A DNA stretch of 57,697 nucleotides, counting the filler, from Jimgerdemannia flammicorona (taxonomy: Eukaryota), in NCBI GenBank assembly GCA_003990765.1. It is 3 parts of 3 records of this genome, joined end to end, with 100 filler letters (N's around TTAATTAATTAA, not from the genome) between each part and the next. Parts side by side here need not be neighbours in the genome. Positions count along the whole stretch, not along the records: positions 19,268 to 38,433 come from RBNJ01002009.1; 2 more parts are not named here. One strand, 5' to 3'. A program made the translations under genes and the position numbers. The notes under the pieces were generated by a model, which did not search any database, was not told the DNA's origin, and saw only the letters and a list, made by a program, of their open reading frames with translations. Shown in pieces: positions 24,923-38,533 of the stretch; position 1 is the stretch's first letter; the number at the start of each line of letters is the position of its first letter.

Positions 24923-25233
24923 TACACCTATGATATAATTGATACTTTGTTTGATATATACATGATACTGTTTCATCTACCCCCATAAACTATATAGCCA
25001 GAAATTCAAAATGCTTAATAGTTTAACTTTGAACATGTATTAATATAAAAGACAAGTACTCTGATAAAATCAAAAAGAACACAGAGATAAATAAATCAAT
25101 ATCTAAGCTGTAGTGGGTATATTTATCTAATTGCCTAACTATTTCTATACTAACAACCCTGTTTAATTAAAAATATTTAGTCATACTCTTTGATAGAATT
25201 TTGAAATCAGCTTATTCATTAGATTGTGTGCAC

Positions 25234-25827
25234 TAGTGCTCCGAACGAGTCAATCCGGATGGATTCGAATTGGATTCGAATCGGATTCGAATCGGATTCG
25301 AATCAACCATTGTTTTGATTTCCAAATTAGATAATTAAATGTTTACATCAATAACTTGATGAATAATCATCCAAATTTTATGATCTTGGTGTCATTTGAA
25401 AGCCCTTAATAAGGCCTTTCTAATGATACCAAGAATATTAAAATCGGATTACATGTTGCCGAGATATTAAGGAAAACGTTACATTTGACGAAATTTCCAA
25501 AATCAGCAAATCAAAGAATTTCCAAAATCGGTGATTCAGACGGTTTCCTTCATAACTCAGCAACGCATGATCCGATTTCAATGTTCTTGGTATCATTAGA
25601 TAGGCCTTATTAAGGGCTTTCAAATGACACCAAGATCATCAAATTTAGATGATTATTCATCAAGTTATTGATGTAAACATTTAATTGTCTAATTTGGAAA
25701 TCAAAACAATGGTTGATTCGAATCCAATTCGAATCCGATTCGAATCCAATTCGAATCCATCCGGATGGGATTCAATCCGAATCAATCCGAATCCAATCTG
25801 GATTAAATTGACTCGTTAGGAGCACTA
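25234..25827. mobile_element. hAT foldback MITE (594 bp)
   Basis: TIRs TAGTGCTCCGAACGAGTCAAT...ATTGACTCGTTAGGAGCACTA. Perfect 8-bp TSD GTGTGCAC. Long inverted arms with (GGATTCGAATC)n subterminal repeats. Confidence 0.93.
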
Positions 25828-26089
25828 GTGTGCACAGACCAGCCATTCACAACCATTGAGAGTGATCAATTACATAGTATCTTTGGCCTCCTCAAGTATG
25901 ATTTATATTTACCAAGTACCAATACTATTCATAAAGATGTCCTGGAGGCCTATAGGAAGAAGCATGATAATCTCCACCAGATACTTTAGATAAATAAATA
26001 AATAAGAGTAGTATCATAACCTTTGCAAGCTGAATTATATATATATATTTATAAAGAGCTTACCAATTTAATCTCACATTCAATAAGCA

Positions 26090-27670
26090 GAATTCAGTAG
26101 GAAAAATTTCATTTACAATTAATACATAGATATCTCCCAATATAATTTCATTTCTGAGCATTACCAGTCATTAGATTGATCTCAATTAGCAGCTTAAATC
26201 TCTCACCCTTGACTTCATCAAACTTGCTGGCTCTCATTCTAGAGACAACATCACAGATACTTTTATTAGTTATATCTGAGAGCTTGAGATTATAACTAAG
26301 ATAAAAAAGAGATCAGTATTTTGAGAGAGATTTTAAAACAAAATAGATTTTATTAGTTATTTATTTTTATATAAATTTGCTGACTGAATATTTCAAGTAC
26401 AGATTTTGACCACTATAATAGATAATACTACAAACAACTCAACATTTTTCCAAGTTTTAGTAGTCAGCCTCAAATAGAAAAATATAGCCTTTGGTACAGA
26501 AAGCTGCTGTGTATAATACCAGGCCCACATACTGATCAGGACTATCTTGTGCATATAGACAAAATATCTGAGAGAGAAGGGGCCCTGAGTATAGTTTCCA
26601 AGCTATACAAACTGATTGTATCAGTCTGATCATCTCTACAATAATAAGATAAATTTGCTGTATAGTATAGGGTAATTAGTTTAGTTCTAAAAGAGCTGAT
26701 ATTAGATATCTGTATATATTGGAACTCAATATTTGCAATGATCCAGTATATGCTGGAGTTTGCTATAGTATGTATTCTTTTTTTCACTTAGCTGAAGCAA
26801 CTTGTTTTGGATAATTAAAGATTTTTTTTTTTTTTTTTTTTAAAAAACAAAATAAAAAAAGCCAAGAGATTCAATGGTTGCTGCTGACAAAGAAATGCAG
26901 GGTAAGGCTATAGGTAAAAGTAAGTGGGATGTACTTAGGAATGTTATCAGAGTTTTAAAAGTAAGTAGTGATTGCTCTAGCCTTATACTTATTTTGTCTG
27001 CCTCTATATAATATAATATCTCACTGCATATAACTGTCAGTATTTTGATGATTGTATGAAGGATATAGTCAAACAAACCACTTCAACAATAAGCTCTACA
27101 ATACTGATACATATACAATCTTTTGATTAACTGGCTAAAGGATAAGCTTAAGGACAAGTTGGAGAGTTGTAGTGATTTATGGTTAAGTCTGGATCAGAGA
27201 GATACCATAAAGGTTGCTCTAAGTAAGCTCAGAAAATACTACTCCAAAACAGATACCACTATATACTCAATTAGTACAGATATATCAGCATATAGCTATT
27301 GCCTCTTCTAAAATAAAGAGAAATTCCTGCAAAAACTCACTCTCTTTCTCTGAACAGTGCTGGACCCATACTTAAAGCTACAATATCATAAAGATCAGAA
27401 CTGGAAGCAGTACTACATTGGGAGAACCAAGCAGGCCATAATTAAAATGTACTAGAGAAACTATGTACTATTGCAAGGTTCTGGCTGAAGTCTGGATAAA
27501 TATACTGAGAGATCCCTCCTGTCCCACATTTACTTCAGCAGAAAGAGAAAGAGAGAGTCATTAGTAAAAGAGCTACCATCAATAGATGAATTCAGCACAC
27601 ATCTTTCACTGATAACATTTAGGTGATAAAAGACTCAGACAACACTTTTTGCAATGGTAACTATTGATAT
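26090..27670 (+). pseudogene. hAT-family transposase relic with introns
   Basis: ISPN..FLSITSH*ID..LDFIKLAGSHSRDNI, TIIDNTTNN (DNAxNN), ILDICIYWNS (LDxxTRWNS), KLRKYYSKTD..YSIST/VLDPYLKL. Confidence 0.8.
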
Positions 27671-27689
27671 AGATAGTAATAAATATACT

Positions 27690-30600
27690 AGTGAGTGTAC
27701 CAGTCAGGGGGGCAGCAGCACCTTCAACTGGAAGTATGTAGAAAGGAGGGGAGATGGTTTGGAGATGCCAGAGCCATCTTTGGCTAGCTGTGGCATAGGT
27801 GGTAGAGGGAGGGGTGGATTGAGGCAACAAGAAGGGGAGAGAATGATCTTTGCTGATAAAGTCAAGATAGAGAGAATGACATTGGGTCTGGATAGTTGAT
27901 TGAGACTGGGGAAGGCATTGGTGGCTTTGATTAGTGGTCAGGAAGGGGCCCCCAAGAGAGGATCAGATAGTAGGGAGAGGGGGAGAGTAGGGGCTGGAGA
28001 TGTAACTACTAATAGAGCTGTGACTAAGGATCTGGAAAAAAATCCAGATGTGATAGTGGTTGGCAGATCAGGATAGAGGAAGGGCACAAGGCCTGGGGAT
28101 CTAGCAGATAGCATGATAGGCATGGTGTCGGCACTATTACTCAAAAAGTTAAGGTCAGAATTCACTATCACATTATGCTTCTGAGACTTGGTGGTGACTG
28201 TGAGGATGATTCTGGGGCTGATTGCACAAGAGGTGAAGGGGGTGGCTTCAGTGAAGTTCTTGAAGGGGAAAGAAGGAGTTGAGATTGGATTTGAGGAAGA
28301 GGTATCGATATTGGAGGCTATGGAGAAGAGGGTAATGGTGGGTAGAGTAGTGTTCCTATGACTAGATATATATGCCGAGACCCCCAAGTGGTGTAGTTGA
28401 CAGTATTGGATCTGCCTATAGTATCAAGAGAGAGGGCTAGGGAGCTGATTGTGGAGGCAGTCAAGGAGTATGGGGAGATCATAGATATTGGGTTCAGAGT
28501 CTGGGAGGGAACTGAACTCAGGATAGGAGACATTGATATCAGGGTGAGGCTGACTGATAGGGAGAATATAGGGAAGGTAAGAGATTGGCCAGCAACTCTT
28601 AAGTGGGGCCTGGTTGAATATAAGGTCTTGTAGGTGAAAAGGATACCTAAGGAGGAAGAGGACTTGTTGGAGGCTCTCAAGAATCTTGCTAGAGTAGTGG
28701 AGAGGAGATGACTGGCTTGGAAGAAGTATGAAGCCAAGATGGTGGTGGAGATTGTAGATGGTAAGAGAATTAGGATGGACAAGGGGGCCTGGAAGAAGGC
28801 TCAGGGGAGGTAAATCCAGAAGGAGCTGTTGGAGAAATTAAGAGAGGGGTGAGGGAGGTAGTGGAGTAAGTATGGGTAGTGCTGGACTGTGAGAGAGCAC
28901 CTGGGCTAGAGAGTACAGATCAGCACAGGGTGTAGCATAAGATGGATTGAGCAAGGAGGGCCAGGGCAGTGTGGTGGAGGATGCTGAAATAGGAGAGGAA
29001 GTTCACCCTCAATACAGTATCCCAGATAGCACAGGTAGTGAGGAGGAACTCCTGGATATGCTAGAAGAGGAGTGGGATGAGTCAGAGAGGAGGAGCACTT
29101 TGGTGGACCTGGTGGTGGGGGTCGTGAGAGTTGCCCAGAGTGTTGCTGAGGTGGTAGATGAGGAGAAATAGCTGTAGAAGACTCTGGAGGGAGTGGCAGC
29201 CGAGAAGCTAGGGAGAGAGGACTTCTGGGTACTAAGTGATAGGCATTGAGAGGAAATTCTTTGAGGGGAGAAGGTGCTGAGAAAGATTAGGAATGAGATC
29301 CTGGCAGTACTCTTGGAGTTGAAGGAATATCAAGTTGATGATCAGCAGGAGGAGACCCTTAGAGGGATTACAAATGACCAAGCAGTATACTTGTAGAGTT
29401 TGAGGAAGAGGTTGGAGAAGTGGAGAGTAGTATGCACAGATTATTGGGCAAAAATGGAGGTTGTGGATAGGGTAGAGTGTCAGGAGATCTTGGAGGCACT
29501 AGATGCTCAGGCTATAGTGGTGAATGAGTTGGAGGCAGAGCAGCATATAGATCTGGCTAAAGATGGAATGAGTATAGAATACTAGATGGGGATCTTACTA
29601 TCAAACATTATTCAATATGAACACTATAACTAGAATTATCTCTTTAAACATCAATGGGTTGAGGGGAGTGGTATAGTGTAAGAATATCTTTGGCTGGCTA
29701 AAGGGGCTAGATGCAGATCTCTTCTTATTACAGGATATATGGTATGAGGTAGATATAAACTTACAGAACTGGACTAGAGAATGGAGTGGGGCTGCTGTGT
29801 GGACTGAGTGAGTGAACATTCTGGTTAGAAAGAGGATGGGGGACATTGGGGATATTGGACATTGGGGGAGTAGGTTGGTATAGGAAGTATGGAAAAGGTC
29901 TGGGTGGAATTCTTTGACTGTTGGGTCATATTACTATCTGGCTGAGAGGGGGGAATGTATAGATTAGATCAGAGACCTGAGTAAGACTGGTGTTATGGGT
30001 GAGGCAGGGATTGATTGCTTGGGGGGTGATTTTAACATAGTATAAAATAATGAGTTAGACAGGACTGATGATGGGAGAAGAGTGAGAGGCAAAAGTGGCA
30101 GGTTAGATAATTAGATGGAGATTGAGAGATTGAGCTCCTTGGTTGACTCAAGGTGACAGTTTTGGGTGGATCACTGAATTTATACCCATTGAGTGATAGA
30201 GCTAGGCTCCCAGATTGACTGGGTGTTGATGGCAGAGTACTGGGGAGTCGATGTCTAAGATATACTGGAGGTGGTTTGGTGCCCATGATCAGATCACTGG
30301 GGTCTGATAGAGAGGAAGAGATTTGGGGGAAGTGGGGATAGATCAGGACATTGGTGGCTGAATTCCTCTTTACTGGAGGATGGTTTCTTATAGACAGACT
30401 GAAAGGTGGAAGTTATTGCAAAGATTGAGAGATGGTAGGAGCAGGGATTGGTGATTGGGGATCACTGGCAGCAGCTGAAATCTAGTACTCAGAGGTACTA
30501 GAGGGAGGCAGGGAAAGGAAGGAGTACTCAGTAGTGGCGGTGGGTGCAATGGGCTTCACAGAGATTGACAGTACTTCTGGAGAGATAGACAAGGTTGCTG

Positions 30601-32035
30601 GAGGATTGGGAGGCAGCCAATTGGTGAATTCTGTAGATACAAAAGGAAGTTGAGTTAAATAAAGTGCTACAAATGAAGAAAGAGGTTCAGTTGAAGGGGA
30701 TGGTGGTGAGGTTGTGGTAGCAGGAGTTGGAGGAGGGAGAGAGGCCCACTAGATTTCTTTCATAATTGCTTCAGACTTGGAGGACTAGACAGCAGTGGGA
30801 GGGGATTTTAGATGAGGATGGGGAGATGATAGTAGGAACTCCTAAGATTATGAGATTGCTGAGAACTTGCTGGGGGAAATTATGGAGTAAGAAAGAAGAG
30901 AGTGAGGATGCCCTGAACATTGAACAGCAGTTGGAGGATTGGCATCTGGACTCAGCTCTGAGCCTGGGGATACTGGGAGATCCAGTACAGGGAGAGGAAG
31001 TATGTAAGGTCTTGGCTTCAATGAGCAAGGGGATAGCTCCAGGAGAGGATGGACTTCTCTGAGATTTTTGGAAGATAGTGGGGGTGGAGGTGGTATTGGA
31101 GGAAATGATGGCAATGAGTGATGAGGTTCTTCAATCTAGATCTTAGATTGGGGGCCAGCACCTAGGGCTGGTCTCTTTGCTCTATAAAGATAAGGAGAGA
31201 AGAGAAGATTGGAAGAACTGGTGACTGATCATGCTACTTGACATGGACTGCAAGTTAGTGATAAAGATCTTAGTGACTAGACTGCAGGGGATTACTCAGG
31301 TACTAGAAGTGGAGCAGAGGGGATTTGTTGATGGTCAGTTGATCTGAGATGGAACTGCCTTGGTCTATGGGGTGATTGAAGGAGCTTGGGCAGCTGGGGT
31401 GAATGGCTGGTTAGTGTTTCTGGATCAGGAGAAGGCTTATAACAGGGTGAGGAGGGTCTGGCTGGAGGAAGTGCTGAAATGGGTTGAAGTCCCCCCAGGA
31501 TTCAGGAGGGCATTAATCAGTCTATTAGAAAACAGTCAAGCAGCATTGGTAGTAAATGGGTACTGGGGTATAACTTTCCCACTTGGTCATAGGGTGCCAC
31601 AAGGAGATCCTTTGTCATCCATCTTATATGCCCTTTCCTTGGAGCCCCTAGTGGATAGAATCAGGCATTAAATTGGGGGTTTGGATATTTTGGGAATTAA
31701 TTGAAAAGTGGGGGCTTTTGTGGATAATATAGTAGTTGGACTGAGTTCATTGGAGGATGTGGAGGAATTAAGGAGGTCTGTAGAATGGTATGAGAGAGGC
31801 TCAGGTACTAAACTCAACTGATACAAATGTGAGACTCTGGTGCTAGATGGTAGAATAGTTAGCAGCAACATGATTGGAATGGTGATATCAGCAGAAGAAC
31901 CAGTCTATTACTTAGAGATCTACTTTTTAGTATATAGGTCTCTCCTATCCTATATATAGTGGGAACAGCAGCTCTTAGTATGGGGAAATATGCTCCTGAG
32001 ATAGGGTGGTCAGTATATATCCTTGGCAGGAAGGG
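27690..32035 (+). mobile_element. Second L1/Tx1-like LINE (ORF1 and ORF2 up to post-RT), interrupted by LTR B
   Basis: SLNINGLR, GGDFN, SDHWG, WWLNSSLL, IAPGEDG, DQEKAYN, VPQGDPLS. Paralogous to 20233-24920. 5' boundary approximate. Confidence 0.9.
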
Positions 32036-33850
32036 TGTAATAACTCTCACTTCTACACCTCTCTTATCCTTTGAATAATTAGGGAAGTAAGACTATTACT
32101 TAGAGACTTAGTATATAATATGTACCAAGAAGCCTTCAGTTTGAGGAAGCACTTGCTTATAAGTAATTGTAGTGGCAGTATCTTCTATTTCAAAGATCTT
32201 TCTCTGGTTTGCCCTATCTTTCAAGGGTCTTGTTCTTTGCTGTGCACAGACTGAATTCACCTTAGAATTCAGGTTCAATGGATTTACTTAAGTCTTTGGA
32301 GATTTATATACTAGTCTCAGTTCTGGCAGAAGTTAGCTAGGCTTCTGGAGTTTAGTTAGAAACACTAGAGTCACTTAGGTGTCATTACTAAGACTCAGGG
32401 GAATGTGTGTGTAAAGGAGAACTTGATTTCTTGTATCAAGGACTAAACTAAAACTGCTTTATTTCAGATGGAAACTGGGGGGTATTTATACAAGTTGGTC
32501 TGCAATTTCTGACTAAGTATGAGTGACTAATTTGGTAACTATAATGAGGTTTGTGATCATGACCTTTATCAGGTGGTTTTTGGCAAAAACAACTTTGTGA
32601 TCAGGACCTCAATTACTAGACAATAATCAGCTGTTGTGGTAACAGTTACTGTGACACCGATTGTTGGAGATAAGCTGGATATCATTTTTTTACATTGTTC
32701 ACATCATTTGTCATTTATAATATCATATGTCATACTTTATTTATATGATGACGTCATTGCTCACTGAGTCATGTGATCACTTGTTGCACCTCATTCTATT
32801 ATATCCTTCTCTCCTTAGAAATCAACATCCTCATTAATTTGGAAATTGAGAACTAGGGGAGAGAAAGGTAGAGAATCTTCCTCAGGGTTGTTGCCATCTT
32901 CTTCAGTAGCAGGGGGGGTGGTTGCTGATGGCTCACTGTCCAGGATAGAGAAGTCAATAAGGTCTGCAAATAGTTCTTGTATTGGGATAGGCACTGGTGT
33001 AGGGGTTCTCCATCTGATATAGTTGAGACCATCCAAGTAGGGTTCTTGATCCTTATGCCTGGGAATATCCATTCAGATAGGTGGTCCTTCAAAGAGGTCA
33101 GAGAGGCCTTGGAGCCATTGGTCTGGGTTGTCATTCAGGAGGGAGCTCCAGTAGGGTTCACAGTCAGTAGACTTGAGAGTGATCTAGAAGTTGGCTTCTT
33201 GGATTACTGTGATCTCTAGCTCGTCAACCTCAGGAAAAGAGAGATTCTGGAAATCCTTCAGTTGGACATAGTTGAGATTGGGGATTGCAAAGGATGTATG
33301 GTATATGATTTGATGAACCTTCTTGGTAAGTCTTTGCTCATATCTGTCCAGGCGGGTCCAGTCTGAGACTTGATCAGTGGGTAGGTCCTTTGCTCATTGG
33401 AGGAGTTGGTGGCCAATTTCATATTCATACTAGATCTTTAGGTAGCTGGTAGCAAGGTAGGCCCTTTCAATAACTTCATAGTAGTTGAGGACATAATGTC
33501 CTAGATCCTGGCTGGAGAGATTAAGGGCCTCATAGCAGCAGTTTCTTCCTTAGATAGCAACCTAGATGTGTCCAAAAAGATGGTCAACCTGACTTGGGAG
33601 GGGCTGGCTATGGCGGGCAGTTTGGCAGTGGGTAGCAGGTATTCTTGTCTTGTCTTTTTCTTTGTAAAGAGAGGGGAATAGAAGTTGTAGGGTATTTTTG
33701 TCTTGGGTATTTATTCTTATTCATCTATCTGGTGTGACCTTCCTTTGGTCACACTTTCCAGCAAAATATGTGACCTATTGCTGTAAGTGGGGCATGTGCT
33801 GGTCACATGAGAAAAATCCTGATTTTGAAGATATTATCACTTGTAGTCAT
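32036..33850 (-). repeat. Long LTR, family B (about 1.8 kb)
   Basis: Starts TGTAAT exactly where LINE ORF2 breaks. TATAAATACCCC on the minus strand at about 32478-32490. Right boundary approximate because it overlaps the short dispersed repeat. Confidence 0.7.
32815..33642 (-). pseudogene. LTR-encoded accessory ORF, family B (276 codons, start ATG mutated to ATA, several internal stops)
   Basis: Single frame: ...LNLSSQDLGHYVLNYYE...KI*YEYEIGHQLL...KKVHQIIYHTSFAIPNLNYVQLKDFQNLS...NYIRWRTP...ELFADLIDFS...PLVLNFQI. Confidence 0.8.
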
Positions 33851-33851
33851 A

Positions 33852-33973
33852 GTTATACAGGGTTAACAGGTCTTGGTTCTCTTTTTTTTTTATCTGGTTA
33901 GTACATTTGTGAGGACTGGCCATCCTTGTCTAGGGTGAGGGCTCTCATTATCACAGCTGGGGGTTCAAACCTC
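33852..33973 (-). repeat. Short B-box-like dispersed repeat, copy 2
   Basis: Reverse complement aligns to 19275-19395 over its whole length, including the post-A-tract GAGAACCAAGACCTGTTAACCCTG. Confidence 0.65.
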
Positions 33974-34350
33974 TCAGAAATAGAATTTCTTGCAATCTGA
34001 GACAATTCCTAGTAACAATATCTATCACATAGATGGACTTAGACTGGTTTTGATATCGTTGGCTTTCCTAAGTTCCATATAAAGCATCTGTCATCATCCA
34101 GTGGAGATGATACAGATGGCATGAAATGGAATTGTTCAAATACATTTTGCTGTACTATGCTAGATTATTTTTCACCTAAGTGTCTTCTTATTGGTTAACT
34201 ATGATGTTCCCTTTCTCTGCAATGTTCAGTATTGTATATTTCAGATAAAATATGTAGTATTCTTTTGCCCACTATGTGCTCTAATTCTTAGAGCTACAGA
34301 TTCTTCCTTTGCTGGGGAGTGAGTGATTTCATATAGTCCTAGAGGGCTTC

Positions 34351-36738
34351 TGTAATGGTTCTAGTTTCTAAATGAGGAAGTGACTAATTCAGATAGTTCT
34401 AAGTAGCTTGAAGAGATACTTAAGAACTCAAGTGTTCTTGAAGAATTTCTGAGAGAAAATATTCTGAGACTTTATTCATGAGAACAAAGGGGATATTTAT
34501 ACAAGATCTGAAAGAAGGATCTGGAAGGATCTGAGAAATCAAAGGAAAATGCCAAGAGGAAAGTTCTTGGCAAAGAAGACAAATGATGACAAATAAAGTT
34601 CTACAAGTTTCCAGGACATTCAGTGACTAGCTAAATAAGTACTAGAGGATATTCAGCACCAAGAAAGGATTTTTAAGCATTCAGAAAGTACCAGAAGGTT
34701 GTAGAATATTGAAGAAAGACAAAGAAAAGAAATAAACTATACTAAAATGTTACATCTCCCCCTCCTTAAGAATCAATATCCTTGTTGAATTCTCAAAGTT
34801 ACACATAATAAACAATAAGACTAAAAGAAACTTCAAATTAAATATATTGACTCATTGGCAAGGATTGGCCATTCTTATATAAGGTAAGGGCCAAAGTATC
34901 ATCTTGATCGGATGAGAACTGGTTCGAACCTCATTGGTTGCAGGATTTATAGAGTTCTCCTGTATTTCTTATTTCTGATACTGTATCCCTTAGAGAGCTC
35001 TGATGCATAATGTGCCTAATCAGTACAGTAGGACATCTACTATCCAAAGAGAGAACCTCATAGGCAGTCAATGAGTTCCTTTTTGCTTGAACTCTTGGAT
35101 GAGATCTTGGGAGTTCTTGAGATTAGCGGCAGGTTCCCAGGTGGCATCATATTCAGGGTAACCCATCCACTTGACTAGGTATTCTGTGCAATGGTATTGG
35201 ACTCACTTGTCTAAGATTTTCTCAACTTCATACTCGATGTGGTCTTCAACTATGACTGGTGCTGATGGTGTCAGAATTCGGCCAGGGTATGGGGGTGACT
35301 GGTTCTAGGCCTTGAGTTGTGACACATAGAATACTGAGTATATACACATGGTTGTTGGTAAGTTGAGATGGTAAGACTAGGTAGAGACTTGCTCAGTGAT
35401 CTTGAAGGGTTCAAGGTACTTGGGCTGGAATTTGGCTGACTGGTGGTTGACTTGAGATTGAGCCTTAATGTTGTCGGCTTTGAGTAGAACCATATTACCA
35501 ATATTATATATGACATCTTGCCACTTCTTATCTGCATACTTAGCTTGATGTTGCTGAGCCTTTTGCAGGTTTGTAGTGGCAATCTTGAGAAGGGAATCCA
35601 TTTTGTCAATAAGGTTCTGGGCTGTGGGGACTTGTGTGTGACTGGATTGCTGGAATGAGACTAAGCTTGCAGAGGTCTCAGGGTTTTGACTATGAAGTAG
35701 CTGAAATGGGGAAAGACCAGTTGATGATTGATTGGCATTGTTGTAGGCGAACTCAGTGTAGGTCAGATAGTGGTCCCAATCATCTTGCTCATAAGACACA
35801 TAGTTCCTGAGCATTTGTTCAAGTGTTCTATTCATTTGCTCTGTCTGTCCATCAGTTTGAGGGTGGAAGGCAGTGGATATTGCGATTTGGGTTCCAAGGG
35901 TCTTGAAGAGTGCTTGCCAGAAGTGACTTGTGAACTTGGGGTCATGGTCGCTGATAATTACTCAGGGAAGTCCATAATGGCAGAAGACAGTCTTGAAGAA
36001 GATTCTTACAATTTCTGGGTCAGTAGCATTGGTTGTGGTTGGCTTGGCAATTGTAATCTTGGTGAGATGGTCCACAAATACAACAATAGCATCATAGCCT
36101 ATTTTGGTTTGTGGGAGTTGCACAATGAAGTCCATTGTGACTTGTTCAAACTTCTTGGTCAGAATTGACAAGGGTTGTAGAAGACTGGCAGATGCTTGAT
36201 TGCTTGACTTGTTTTTTTGGTAAAGATTGCAGCTTTGGATATACTCCTTGATTTTCTTGAGCATGTTTGGCCAGTAGTAGTCTCGTTGGATATTCTTGAT
36301 GGTCTTCTCAGTTCCAAGGTGACCAGCTAGTGGGGAGTTATGGTGTTTATGAAGAATCTTATACCGTAGTTCAGAATTGGTAGGAATATATACTTTGTCT
36401 TAATAGTACATAAGATTGTCCTTGATGGTGTACTTTTCCTTGAATTCCTTGGTATTCCTTTGTAGAACCAGAGGGTCTTGTTCATATGCCTTCTTGATTT
36501 GATTGAGGAATTCAGGTACCACGGTGACTTGTAAAATTGTGGCAAGGTCAGGTCTTCTTGAAAGTGCATCTGGTATAACTAGAGTTTTGCCAGGCTTGTA
36601 GATGATGTTTGGGGTAAAGGTCTGAAGTAATTGACTCTACTTGGCTTGTTGGCGAGAAAGGGTTGGTTGAGTGTTGATATACTAAAGGGATCTGTGATTG
36701 GTGATCACATCAAACTCAACTCCTTCTAGATAGTATCA
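34351..36738 (-). mobile_element. Chromovirus (Ty3/Gypsy) 3' half: RNase H end, integrase, chromodomain, PPT, 404-bp 3' LTR (34351-34754)
   Basis: DALSRRPD, GHLGTEKT, VTMDFIVQLP, FHPQTDGQTE, GPF-like EPFKI. Chromodomain EYEVEKILD..EYLVKWMGYPEYDATWEP at about 35090-35240. PPT AGGAGGGGGAGA next to TGTAAC. Confidence 0.92.
34840..34932 (-). repeat. Short B-box-like dispersed repeat, diverged copy 3
   Basis: GAGGTTCGAACC...GGCCCTTACCTTATATAAGAATGGCCAATCCTTGCCAATGAGTC, located in the chromovirus 3' UTR. Confidence 0.5.
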
Positions 36739-36802
36739 CTTATGCTATTGGTTTGTATGATGCGAGGTGCAGGCTATTGTTTACTACGGATTGGGTTGTA
36801 GG

Positions 36803-37056
36803 GGATAGCAATGCTGAAAATGGGTGTGACAATTGTTTGCACCGAATAGGGATAAGATGAGTGCTAGTGCTGGATATGGATGTTGTGGGTGGTAACGCTG
36901 GATTCGGACTTGCTGACAAAATGCTGAAAATGGTGGCACTGGATAGCAACGCTGGAAACAGGTGTGACAATTGTTTGCGCCGAATAGGGATAAGATGAGT
37001 GCTAGTGCTGGATATGGATGTTGTGGGTAGTAATGCTGGATTCGGACTTGTTGACA
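36803..37056. repeat. 138-bp tandem duplication
   Basis: ggatagcaa...ggattcggacttg(c/t)tgaca occurs at 36803 and again at 36941. Confidence 0.9.
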
Positions 37057-37169
37057 TGAAGGCTACACAATTCTCATGGCTGACAGGTGGTGGTTCTAGA
37101 GGAAATAGTACCCTTTGTCCACGGTGGGCAAATCTTGCTGAGTTAAGATTTCTTCTTCATCATATCTCT

Positions 37170-38080
37170 CCTCAAAAGGGGGAAGTGCTGGCCAAGAAGT
37201 GAGGGTAGAAAAGTGGCCAGTCATCTTCAACAACATTCTCCAACCCTTGAACAGCTTGAATGAGGACAGAGGACTGGTAGACTCTCTGTTGCTCCTCTTC
37301 TTCTTCTGAAGGCTTGTCAGTTTCAGTGTCAGAGGGGGTTTCTTCAGGGGCAGGGTCTTGGAGTTCTTGGGCTTCCTCCTTAAAGACAGGGACCTCTTGG
37401 GCTTCTTCTTGATTCGGTTCTCAAATGATGAGATGTGAATTGTGGCTGACAGGGTGGTGGGTGGTAGGGGTAGCTCCAACGGGTGCTTCTATAGTAATGG
37501 GTGGTCCTTCAAACATCTCCATAAGGCTCATTAGGTGACCTTGATGGTTGTCTCGGAGTGGGGTGGTGTGGAAACCTGGTTGAGTAGGTTCAGTTTGTTG
37601 ACTTCCTACAGTAACGCGGTTGCTGCCAATAGAGTTGGCTACTTCAGATTCTATCCAGTCAGTATCTTCAGTTGAAAGGCGGGAAAGACTGCCAGTCATT
37701 ACTCCTTGTAAGTGTGCTATGGCCCAGGGAATATGGTAGAAGATTTGGTGGACATGGAGGGCTCTCTTGATTAGCTGGCTAGTGGTTATCAATTCGGTAG
37801 TGAGGCCTTCTCAGTCATCTTCTTGAGTCTCATTGCGAAGGTGGTGTCCGATTTCATAGTCATGCCAGAGGGTCATTCGTTCGGTAGTGTCTTTGAGCTG
37901 TTGGGTCATTATATACTGGTAGTTGATGAAGTGTCCAAGGTCCTTGGTGTAGAAGTTCAAATGTTCGGAAGTATCTGGGTGCCAAATGGCCTTCTTGATA
38001 GCTTCAAAGATCAGGGTCTTTGGGCCAGGCAGAGGGATAGAGCGGCAGGAGGTCTGGTTGGTTCGGCGAGTGGGAGGCAT
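37170..38080 (-). pseudogene. Accessory ORF, family E (homolog of the LTR ORFs), two internal TGA stops
   Basis: MPPTRRT...LIFEAIKKAI...LNFYTKDLGHFINY...LWHDYEIGHHL...KRALHVHQIFYHIPWAIAHLQGV...LSRLS, then an E-rich tail. ORFs 37811..38170 and 37421..37792 are in the same frame. Confidence 0.8.
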
Positions 38081-38433
38081 TGTGTGGTGGGTACTTGGTT
38101 CTTTGGTACCGATCCCTGAAGCGGGATATGGTTCCTTAAATAACATAGTCTTCATTTTGGCTCGAATCATCTTGTCTTCTTTGGGATGATCACCTAATGG
38201 GTCAGGCTGTCTATTTGATTGTCATGCCATTATGTCGTCTGACCTTAGCAGTCACCGGTACTCTATTGTCAATTGTGTACATCACACTATGCATATCCCA
38301 ATTTCGGGTAATATTTCTATATTATAATACTAATAACTATATTATTTAAATTTATATATTATTATAACTAAAATAAAAATAAAAAAAAACTCTCTATTTG
38401 ATTAAAGTAGATAATATTTACTATATATATTTT

Positions 38434-38533
38434 NNNNNNNNNNNNNNNNNNNNNNNNNNNNNNNNNNNNNNNNNNNNTTAATTAATTAANNNNNNNNNNN
38501 NNNNNNNNNNNNNNNNNNNNNNNNNNNNNNNNN
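38434..38533. other. Assembly gap with TTAATTAATTAA linker
   Basis: N-run flanking a six-frame-stop spacer. Confidence 0.97.

Noticed and set aside
20196..31114. Many Ser/Pro-rich minus-strand ORFs
   Set aside because: Antisense shadows of G-rich LINE sequence.
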